A stretch of DNA of 64,000 bases from NCBI GenBank assembly GCA_973895155.1, contig OZ316895.1, forward strand, positions 11,492,858 to 11,556,857. Reading direction: 5' to 3'. This document shows, piece after piece, positions 53,152 to 64,000 of the stretch. Both the position numbers and the translations under genes were made by a program. Within the stretch, counting starts at the first letter, position 1. Each line of letters opens with the position of its first letter. The notes below the pieces were generated by a model. That model made no database searches. It was not told where the DNA came from and was given only the letters and a program-made list of their open reading frames with translations. Source of the stretch: Marsupella aquatica (Eukaryota; Plantae; Marchantiophyta).

Positions 53152-56100
53152 AAAAAATGGGTTTGAAAGATCCTAAAGTTCTTTAGGAAACAAATCTTTG
53201 TAAAGCTTCCCTTAGAACCAATAAAACAACCTTATGCTTGATCTCATGTGATATGACATTTTTGTGGAAATAAGACCCCCTAGCTAAATACAACACCGCT
53301 GAATGTTCTGTCCATTCTGTTTGTGCTAACTTCTACCTACAAGCTCTTCATAATGGAGAAAATGAAGTTTCATAACAAGAGAAAATAGCATTTCAAAGTA
53401 AATTGATAACAAAATCTAAATCATGTAAAAAAATAAATGCTCATACCCAATGAAGGTTACTATATATAATCTATATCTCTCTTCAACATCTACCTACGAT
53501 GATTCTACACTTATGTTCCATTTGCATTGATTACTAGGAGAATCATGAGACTTATGTTACATTCCACTTATCATTAAAAATTTGCATTGATAAAACTTCA
53601 AAACTTATTTGTGAGATTGTGTTGCTTATTGTGGTAGATGAGCTTTTGACATCATTCATACGAAATTAAATTTTGTGCAGATAAATCTAAAGTAACAAGT
53701 ATACAACACTCCTTCTAATGCACTTTGGTAATATGATTTAGCCCATAATAATACAACAGTCTTTTGAATGCACTTTGCCAATGTGATCTACCGGAAACCA
53801 TTAAGCTGGACCCACATACTGGTTTCTTTGTTTTTTAGTGAGACCTCCATGGCAAACCTTTTCTGTTCACAGATAGCAGTTTGCTCTATAAGGAACCTCA
53901 AGCCTTTCATGTCAGAAATAACATCACTGTATTTGTAATTTTAAAAGTCCAAAAGATTAATTTATTCTACCAGATTCTATCTATTTTGCAACCAAATGAA
54001 CACTTTTAGCACCCAAATGTTTTTTAGTATCATCCAATTTAATATTTTATTTTCCAAAATTTTCAATTTTGTCCAAATTTATGGATGCTTGAATTTTCAT
54101 TTGTCATCTTTCAAATTTACAATTTTCATGCCTATAACTATGTTTTTAAATCTCCAAAGTTGAATATATCTTTTGAAATTCCAGTTTTAGTGAGTACAGT
54201 TAACCTGGTCCATCCAGATTGCACAATTGATGAGAGTGGTCCATTCCATGCATGTGAGCGTCACTTTCTTGCTCTTTTATCAAAACACTACACTCACATA
54301 ATAACTTAAAAACTAAGATTTAATAATTTGTCATGTTTTTTGTCTGATATTAGAAACTAGGCATTCTTTAATTTTTAGTTTATTTCCTAGAATCTCATTT
54401 TTTCATGTGCATGTTAGTTAACCATGTACAGTTAACGCCTAGCCATCTGGGACAACATAATGCCACATGTTGCATCTGATAGGTGAGACTGCCCTCTACA
54501 AACCAAAGAGGGGGGGGGGGGGGGGTCAAGAAACAACAGTGAACAAAGGAGAGCAAGACATGGCAGGCAATGATGGCAGGCTCACCCTAGGTGACCCACC
54601 CATGTATTTGGAGCAGAATGGGTTGGGGTTTGTTTAGGGCATCGCAGCTATTGGATGCAGACTCACATGACCATTGCATGATTTTGGCAGCCAAACAATT
54701 CCCAATTAAACTTTACATGGTTAGTTAAGCTAGTGCTACAATTAGTTCAAGGACCCCTTGGTTAACTAAGTTCGTTTTACTAAACTATTTGGAACCATGA
54801 AGAGTTGTACATTGAAATTGATAGATGAGAGGACAAAGATTAAATGAAGTATTTTAAATGAAGTGAATTTAAAAGGTAGTCAGGACAATTTCATTGAAGA
54901 CAAATAGAATTACATTCAGGGAATACCAAGGGTAATAAATTTCTCCATGCAAAGCTTTTCATGTAGTACATGTATGTCTATACAATACATTCAACAGTGT
55001 ATATAGTTCATGCAAAATATTGTTTTGTGCCTAGTAGTTGAAAGTTCTTAGAGTCACTTGATATTTCTATACCCAGGCCCTTGATATTTCTATACCCATG
55101 ATAGTTTGAGTGGTAGTTATGGTGTTTCTTATCTTTGCTTGTTACTCCTCTATCCATAGTAACCAAAGAGTTTCTTAAATTACCTTGGTAAATGTTAGAG
55201 AGTTTAAAAGTTTATTGGGTTTCTTATGTTACCTTGGTAAATGGTAGGGTAGTTGAAGAGTCTCTTTATAGTTGTCATTATTTCAAAAATGTAAATTAAA
55301 TAGAAAATTGAAATAAATTACCAAAAAACACTGATATATCAATCATAACTCATCCAAAGATTTTTTTATTTCACCCCTATGTTACCCTTTTCTTTGTTTA
55401 CTTGAAATGGTACTTTTTAGTTTTCCATCCTTTTTACGTTTCCAAGGTCTATTTAAATGTTTTTCTTTGCCTTGCCTCAAAAATGAATAGTCAAATTTGG
55501 TTCTTCTTGCATAACTAGCAGTTCTTGTTTGTGACAAATCATGCTGATGTGGTTGCAAGTGCATCCAGGAATTTTGGAAGGAACGTCCCATGGGGGTCCG
55601 TAAAAATGTGGCATTACAGTAAGTAACTACAAAGCATGGCAAGTCACTAATGTCCCACAACAAATGTGAAAAAGTACTAAACATCTGAGTCTTAAGACTG
55701 GCTTTTTTTTGTTTCAAATTACCATACCTAAGGAGAACATGAGAAATTTGCATATACAAATTATACCTTCTAATTGATTATATCATCCAAGTTGGAAGTT
55801 GAAGCCCGCATGGACCAAGACATGCAATTTAAAATCTTAGAAAGCTTGGCAGGGGCAAAATTACTTTAAACACTTTTTTTAACAAAAGCAAAAATCTCAA
55901 AAAAGCAAGGTTTTGCAACAACATTCCCACAAGTTGTAGAGTCCCTTTGCAAAAGATCAATGGTCTAGAATCTTGAGGTGGTGTGCAAAAACTGCAATCA
56001 CTCTGTGAAATTTGATTCCTTTTCCTTTTGAACATTGTGCAAACTACTCGAGCTATTGTAAGTAAAATGAAAACGCTCACTGTACTTGAAATTCCATTTA

Positions 56101-56221
56101 CCGTAGCAGCCTGATAAGGTCCTTGAAGGCCTACATGACAGAAATATACCTTGAGATTTGTCTTTTATTGGTATTGAACTCTACAAAAATGGGATTGAGT
56201 AATCGGCTCAGGAAGACGAAG

Positions 56222-56372
56222 ATTACTCACTGGGAGAATAAACCAAAACCTGCTCAGTCAAAACTTGTTGCAGTCACTGGTGATCTACAGTAGCAAGCTA
56301 TTACTCACTGGGAGAATGAACCAAAACCTACTCAGTCAAAACTCGTTGGAGTCACTGGTGATCTACAGTAGC
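56222..56372. repeat. 78-bp tandem duplication
   Basis: attactcactgggagaat...ctggtgatctacagtagc occurs twice. Confidence 0.9.
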
Positions 56373-56466
56373 TACTTATAGGTTACTTTTGGACAGAACT
56401 ATATCCAAACATATTCGTGTGTTTGGTTCCAATATATCCAGCTTGCTCAGTCCTTTCTCCCAACTA

Positions 56467-57288
56467 CTGTCTTCCCCGGGCGTTGTGTTCGAATATGACT
56501 TTTTTTGGGCCCTAAAAATAAAATGTGGTTTTTATTCAAACACAGCGTCGGATTAACACAACGCCCGGGCGCTGTGTTTGAGTTTGGCGTTGTGTTCAAA
56601 GTTAGTGCAACTTTGGTGTTGTGTTTGAAGTTGGCACATACTTTCAAAGTTGGCGCAGCACAGTGTTGGCGTTGGCTGTATGTGAGATCATATTTTGGTA
56701 GGTAATGTACATTTAAAACTGAACAAATGAAGTAGGCAGTCCATAGGTTTTGCAGCATGTAGCAACAACTTATCAAGCAAAAGCTCAGAACACATAGTAG
56801 ACAACTTGTCCAAGTCTCCTTGGTTATGTTATTCTATTGTGCTGTTAGACATTTTTTATTGTTTGAGGCAACCAAACAATTGTATTATGGTATGACATGC
56901 ACTAAGTTGACAATAGTGATGTTTTGGAACAATTTTTAGAATATTGTTGATTGTCACGAATTTATGGTACTTGTGATTTGCAAGGTCTGTTCTCTTAGCT
57001 TCCCTTGTGTAATTCCAGTGTTTGAATTACCTACACATTCCCAAACACTTTATTTAAGACTTGAGTTAGTGCTTACACAATACATTAAGCTCCTACCCTT
57101 GTACACAAAGGCCTATACTCAAACACAACGTCAAACTCAAACACAATGCTATTTTTGAACACAACGCCATTTTCAAACACAGCGCCACTAGTGAAAAAAA
57201 TCCAAAACCATGTCAAAAAATTTGAACACAATGCCTAGGGCGCACTATTTGAATATAGCGCCCGGGCGTTGTGTTCGGGGGAAGACGG
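56467..57288. mobile_element. Tc1/mariner (pogo-like) non-autonomous element, TA TSD
   Basis: TA|CTGTCTTCCCC at the left end and GGGGAAGACGG|TA at the right. Many subterminal AACACAACGC/GCGTTGTGTT repeats at both ends. Confidence 0.8.
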
Positions 57289-57539
57289 TAGCCATACAGT
57301 CCGACTCTCACATGACTTATTATTGCCCAGCACTCATCCTTCTACTGTAGTCATATCTCTTTGGGCTCTCTTGCCAGTCATTTGCATTTCTCTAAGTCTT
57401 TGGGTTTAATTGTCGGAAGGTATGGCCATAGTGAGGTAGTGTTGTAAGCAAAAATTGGATTGTTTTTGAAGCAAAGCCCACTGTCTTGTCTGGGCACCTT
57501 CTACTCACCCACTAATTTGGTTTGGCTCATTCATTTAAG

Positions 57540-58800
57540 GTTTTTTTGGGTTTTTAAAATAAATAAATTGTTGAGGTAGAGCATTTAAAAAACCTTAGAA
57601 GGTAATTTATTTCATGCCCCCTATATCTTGGCATCCCATCAATAACATTTTTTCTTGCAAGGAGCACTTTACTTAAAAGTAAAACCCAATAAAAAAGACT
57701 GGGAGTAACAAGCCAGACCAGAAATGGTCAAAGGGCCACAAACCACTCAAAGACCCAGCACATTAAATCCAGAAGGAAAAATTAAAAAATTAACTACAGG
57801 CGACAGGTGACAACATGTCACACACCAAAAAACCACCTAAACTCCTACCACAAAAGTGAGGGCCAAACTCAAACTAGACTACAGGAAGAGATCCAATAAA
57901 GATATGATCTAGTGACCCCGGTGAATCTTATTATAAAAGCACCAACTGAAGCCTATTCTCAAAGGACCTAGGTCTAGAGTGAAGCCTCTAGAGTGTAACT
58001 CCCAATACAGACAAAGCTAATAATAAGGTTCAATAAGGTCAAAATGATGGACAAAAGTGACATGATTCTCAATAAAGACCTAATTGAAATGAGGATGGAC
58101 AAAAAACAAGGATGGGGCAAAGACTAACCAAAATATAGCATATAAATTTTATTGTGCAAGATTTTTATTCATATTTATGTTCAAGGAATGGGTCATCAGG
58201 GCTAGTATCCGTAACGAACCAGCATAACCAGGGATCACCTAAATACAAAAGTAGATCCAAGGAACCCAGACAAAACAAGATCAAGGTGGCTATATGCCCA
58301 CAAAGGACTAAGATAATTCTACTACCAAGAAGCACCCGTCCACCAGAAAGAAGAATCCACCAATCTAGCCAATTCATGTTTCATTTTGCCTGCCAACTCC
58401 TGCCAACTCCTGCCAACATATACTCCCTAAATATTGCCACATGTTGATGAAGTCTAAGTTGTCTCCACTAAAGTTTCATATACAAAAGGAACTCAAGCCA
58501 AGTCTTGATCTTATTACCTGTATCCAAGATACTAATATGCTTCTTCTCCATCAAGCAGGGAGCTTTCCACAATTGCCAGTTAACAATTTCCCTAATGAAT
58601 TCCAGAGTTTAGCAGGAATCCTCCTTCTCCTAGTAGTTGGAGCCCCTAGAATGGCATAAACCGCTTCACATTCAAACGGCAACTTCAGAGGACCCATAGC
58701 AAGCTGCATGATGGATGTACACCAAGTCCAAATGCAGGGCCTGCCCCTTGACAATGAAAAATGGCTTCATGGGTTGAATCATTGCACCTAAGGTACCATC
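57540..58800 (-). mobile_element. Decayed L1-type LINE 3' fragment
   Basis: Frameshifted minus-strand remnants RC..STHEAIFHC, IWTWC and WQLWKA resemble the ORF2 C-terminal zinc-binding region. A-rich tail near 57540. Boundaries approximate. Confidence 0.45.
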
Positions 58801-59694
58801 ATTCCACGTCATTTTGAACAAAAGGGTCAAAGGGATGATCGAGCCATCATAATTGTGATGAATGGTGCGTCTCCCAATGTAATGTCTGGTCGCATTTAGA
58901 CGTAGTCAGAACAATTTGCCAAAGAAATTGGTTGAATGATCATTTCTCGGTGGTCACGTTTCCTAAAACTAGATTTTGATTTTAGTACACTTGTTTTTTT
59001 ATTGCTCCTTCTATTCATGAAATATTGAGTCAGAGGAGGGAAGAAGATTTTCTCCTGACAAAATTGACACTTTCTGTTGACACCAATGCAGTTTATTTGA
59101 GTAAACACCGACACTGTTCACCATAAGTTTGTTATGTACAAATTATTTTTACTACCAAATTAGTGTTAGTGACACTAATTTGGTGAAAGTGATCTTGAGT
59201 TGAAAGTAACACTAAATCTTGTGTATTTTCAAGATAGTTGGTTTTCCCACTATTTTCGCACTCTTCAGAAAATGTTATCTTTCAAGGCAAAAAAGAAAAG
59301 AAAATTAGCAAAAAAGAAAAGAAAATTAGTGTTATAACACAATTACTGTGAGTAACACAACAATTACTGTGAAGGTTTTGTGATGGGTGAAAGTTCTGCA
59401 GTTTGTGTAGACATTCAACTTTCATCGACGACAAATTTCTCGTATTCACATTAATTTATGGTGGTAGCACCAGCTAGGCCCGGCCGCTGCAGCAACATTG
59501 GGTTGTCCTTCGCATGACCCAAGTGAACCGTGTGAAGTCATGAATAAATGTGGGCACATACCATGATCCTTTGATGGAGCTAGAGAAACAGCATGGATAA
59601 ATTAAGAGACTCATAAAGAATTGGAGTAGAGCAAGACCGATTGCACAGCTCACAAATTATTTCAGACATGTCAGCTTCAGCGATAGGCAGGAAC

Positions 59695-59910
59695 TGTGAC
59701 AATCAAAACTGTGTGATAAAGCTGTGACACAATCTCGAATTTCATGCTCGCTCGAAGCATATTGAAATACAACATTCCTTTGAGAACGGGTTCTTGATGG
59801 AGAGATTGACTTGCAATATCTTCCTACAAGGGAACAAACAGCTGATATTTTGACAAAACTCTACCAATTGAAGCCAGCTTCGAATTCCATAGATCAGCTT
59901 TTGGTCTAGA
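59695..59910 (+). pseudogene. Ty1/copia RNase H remnant
   Basis: CDNQNCVIKL*HNLEFHARSKHIEIQH, then a frameshift, then ERVLDGEIDLQYLPTREQTADILTK, matching the copia CDNQ..KHID..ADILTK signature. Purine tracts at ~60070 and ~60158 may be PPT-like. Confidence 0.88.
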
Positions 59911-62900
59911 AGCCACTAGAGTTCTACACCCTTTCTTAGAGCGTGACAGTTTGAGTAGCGCAATCTCAACTCCTTCCATTCGATTTCTGAGATCTGAACA
60001 GTGACTCATGCTTACATTATTTGTAACAAATTGTAAACTGTCTAGAAATTGAAGTATAGGAACTGCCGGTTGAAGGAGAGAGTTGGAATTACCTGTCAAA
60101 TCTACTTTGCGGGATCTCGCTAGGTTAGTTTCAGAATAGGGCAGACTTACTCGCCGTTGAAAAGCGGAATTGTTAGAAAATTAGCTCCCGACGGTGAGTC
60201 ACCCGGGCTGTAGGAATGATGTATAAAGACGGTCTTCGTGTGGTTCATTTGACATCTCAATCATATTGTGGCAAATTCCAATGATAAGCTCACTGTGGAG
60301 CACAAAATTATAAATTGTACTAGCTGCTAGCATTTAGTTAAAGTGTTGATCGATCAGGTAATTAGAACCATTTGAGCACGAAGGGTTGAACGGAAAGGGT
60401 TGAGTGGAACCATTGAGTAGAACTTTGCAGTCTCCTTGACATGAATTGCAATCTCGCCATGATTCTAGTCAATGAATCTCCAAAGTGCGGTGAACCTTGT
60501 GTAGGACAGAGAATGGCGATTGCTACAGAAGATGGCTGGAACGACACAAATTTCGTCTGATCCATGATCTTCCGTTGTAAACAGTCCGTTTTGAAACTTT
60601 GGGATAGAGGACCCTCCGGCAAGAGAAATTGTGGATATGCATGTAATGGCTTGCAAAGGCGTTACAGCAATCCTGCTTGTGCATATATGTGTGTCCCATA
60701 ATTCATGGTGTTAATGACGAGCCTCGACTCTCCTAATTTTTCAGTTCTATCAAGGTAAGCTGACGTTTTGGTCCATTCATCAACTCTCCAACACCACTCC
60801 TATTTGGCTGCCTTGTTTTCACCGACCACCACTTGTATGAATTTCTGGTACCTGCTAGCTCACGTGCTCATATTTGTTCTCCCAGAATGATATTGGTCGC
60901 AAATATAAATTGACAGGAGACTCGGAAACGAATTTATTTTCGCTCATTTTTGAACTCGCAATTGAGTTCGTTTTCTCGCTTGATTGGTCAATGGGCACAC
61001 CTGTAGGCTCACCAAGTTGGCGGTGTCGCGAAAAGAAATTCAATATTTTCTTCTTATTTTGAAGTTGATAGTCAAGACTTGCTGTTCTCACACTTAGTCA
61101 ATGGACTAAACTTTTATTTGTTCTATTAGTCTTCCGCGGGCCTCCACAAGGAACTCGAGTTCTTTTAATTCTCAGAGACCGCAGCTATTCCAGACTAGTT
61201 GTGGCAGTGCTCACAGTTGTACACCAAAGCAAGGGAGGCAATATCCGGCCATGGCTCTAAAATAACGCTGACATTAAATTCATGTGCAGGAGGTGGAGAA
61301 TAAGGCAGAGAATATGGCTTCTATACCCGTGCTGAGAAATTCAGGTGGTGGGTCCGTAAATACGTCCTGGATTTTTGCCAAATCTCATAGCTGAATCGGG
61401 CCTTCTAGTTGAAAGAATACTTACAATTCCAATTGCCCGGGCTATTTTACGATTCTGATATTGGATGTTACGTCCCTGACTTCAATTGTAGCTCTGTTCT
61501 TAGTTGCTTTCTAAAGTATTGTGCGTCTCACCAAAGGTCCACGATTTTTGGCCCATCGCCAGAACTTGTCTCCAACTACATGGCCTGTGATTAGTGTGGT
61601 TCCCCAAGTTAAAGAAAGGGAGCAACTAGGGGGTTATTCCTTGGTACGTCCGGAAAGGATTCAATTTGAAATTCACAGTGCTTGTAACCCGGTAGTTGTT
61701 CCAAACCCGTTTCCAAACTGCAGGGGCACTGAGAAAAGGGACAGACATGCACGATTCGGTGGGCGTCCAGAACGGTTTAAAAACCTAGATCTGACTTATT
61801 ACTTTACTGGAGAATTGGAAAGAGAGAGGTGAATGACCAATGGGTTGTGGAGGAGCAAGCTTTGCCACAAGCTGGATCTTCACCACATGCGCCGTCTCAA
61901 AGTGGGCTATATCAAAATAGGATTTCACCTTTCTGATCAGACATCAAATTTCCAGTCAGTGCAAGGACAATGCGCTTTTAAAAAATGATTGGATCATTGC
62001 TATCTAGGAAAGATGATACCTACCCAAATACAAGTCCCACAAGAATGCCTTCTGTCAAGACAGGAGCAGATCAGAATGAAAAGTAAACATCTTATCTTTG
62101 AGGACACTCAAAATCACATTGGCAAAGTGGAACAATGCAAAATAATTTGAGAAACTCTATCTTTGTCCTTCTGATCAAACTCAGCCCAAGGTAGCATGGC
62201 TTCTTGCCCTAAACCATCCCATAGTGCAACTTACAATTTGTTGTGCTGACAATATTGAACTTGGAGATGTCCTTTGAAACAAATGAAGGACGGTGTGCAT
62301 AGTTGGTTTTGAAAGGAATAATATGTTCCCAAAAGGATTATTAGACAGGCTAATCCAATGGGTGGAACGGGGAAGCAAACCCTAAAGCTATTGTGTTGTT
62401 CCGAACAGCTCATTTTCCATCTCTCTCAAATTTGGCGGCTTTGGCTTTTGTAGTAAGCTCTTCAAAATCTGTCACATTTAGTGATTAAAACAGGCTCAGT
62501 CAGATCACCAGTGAATTATGATAACTTTAGTCGAGCAATTTTGGTTGTCATATAGGGTGTCAAAGTTTGGGGTTCCACTTTTGCACATGTTGTGATTGGG
62601 CATGTGCAACTCACATTCAAACAGGTATGTCATGAACTATTGGGAATACATCATCCACTTCCGGCATAGCCTAAGCATTCAAGGCCTTTGAATATGTACC
62701 CCGGCCCATGATTTTATTGTGTAGCTAGGTGATGCAGGGTATCCAGATTGGATAGGATGTGGGTCTGATCATTGAGAAGCCTCAGCCTGGCTATGATTTT
62801 GCCTAGATAGGAATTATATGATTTCAAATTGATGGACTATGGTTGAACTTGTTTTGTAAACACTTTTCAACATAATGTGCATTTGGTTTACAATAAGAAA

Positions 62901-64000
62901 AGCAAGGCAGGTCCACCAAACTGGGCAGTATTATCATCTTCAGCTGGCTACTGTTCAGTAGCAATCACCCAAGTAAGTACAAGACTGAAAACATTATATA
63001 TTGAACATTGCGTGCCATTCTTAGCATGCTGGAGAGATTGAGGCTCATAATGTGCTCAGTCCTTAAACGGCAATATGCTCAGCTATGCAAAATAGGCTCT
63101 TACTTGCCACATGAGTACGAGACAGCATCTAGATCCACTCACATGATTGCTCTCAAAGAAAATTCTAGTTTTGAACTCTCACATAGTTGGGCTTCGTGCT
63201 CTCAGTAAACTATACGCAATTGAGGGTCTTTCCTACTAGTGCTTGGTGCTGCACAAGATGCTCTCAATCTGTGAGTTCTGCAGGGCCTCTGCACAATGTT
63301 GATGCTGCAACAAAACACCCTAGGGCAATGTCAGCTGGATTTATCACAAACATTTGTTGTTGAGTTCTGTTTGAGGGCCAGGCATGATTCATCACGGCAT
63401 TGGTGCTTCAGTGACAGCAAACTAGAAAAGCGTGTTTGTAAGAAGTACCTGAACTTCGATGAATCCTTGTTCTATCCCAGCCTAGCACGAGCATGTCCTC
63501 TCTACTTGTCGATGCTCTCTCCGGCCAGCATGGCTCACAGCTCGTCCTTCTGCTCTCGGAGTTCACATATAAAAGAGTGCTACAAGTGCAAACTCAGCGC
63601 ACGGGTGCCTCAGCACTCACAAGCTACTGTCCACGATGTTTGAATAGCATTTGGATCTAAAGTTAACAGAACATGGTTAAGGTTATTACTGGTTAAGTGT
63701 TGAGCTTGTTTGCTTACAGGAAAAGAAAAAATAGCTCCTGCAATTATATAAGCGTTCCTATCAGTCTCGAGTTAGAGTCAAACGTTATCTTGGTATCATC
63801 GAGTATTGATACTTCCTAATGATACCTCATGAATTTTTGGTTCATCTCACAAGTTTTGTGCTTCCTTCCTCAGCCTTGCTGTGGCAGCTTAGCTTCCAGT
63901 AATGAAAAGCTAGTCTAGAAGACCTAGGACTATGCTACCATAAATCAGTTAGGTTTGAAGCCAGAATCTACGTCGCCTGAGCTGAGCGTGTCCACCCAAC

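Noticed and set aside
61800-63650. Possible LINE ORF1 remnant (degenerate FICFKGHLQVQYC knuckle)
   Set aside because: Too degenerate to call from sequence alone.

Overview
Eukaryotic nuclear DNA from a land plant, probably a non-seed plant such as a bryophyte (inferred from gene types, long spliced leaders and repeat content). Three spliced protein-coding genes can be built by hand with phase-consistent GT-AG introns: an F-box/Kelch gene (minus, 5628-3506, At1g67480-like), a TruA/Pus1-family tRNA pseudouridine synthase (plus, 32949-37187, 8 exons) and a WRC-domain protein (minus, 42137-40267). The rest is TE-rich intergenic DNA: solo LTRs with target-site duplications, a decayed hAT transposase, a non-autonomous Helitron, Tourist-, pogo- and foldback-type MITEs, copia and L1 remnants, a tRNA-derived SINE-like head and many tandem duplications. 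Most notable: (1) a multi-uORF leader on the F-box/Kelch gene with a candidate conserved-peptide uORF ending LELDLSLLPPD; (2) a predicted chain of spliced uORFs in the WRC leader, each linked to the next ORF by an ATGA stop/start overlap; (3) elements with asymmetric terminal repeats resembling Helentron/HLE2 non-autonomous elements; (4) a 6x58-bp promoter repeat carrying site-II motifs. All splice models and family assignments come from reading the sequence by eye and from memory, with no database search.
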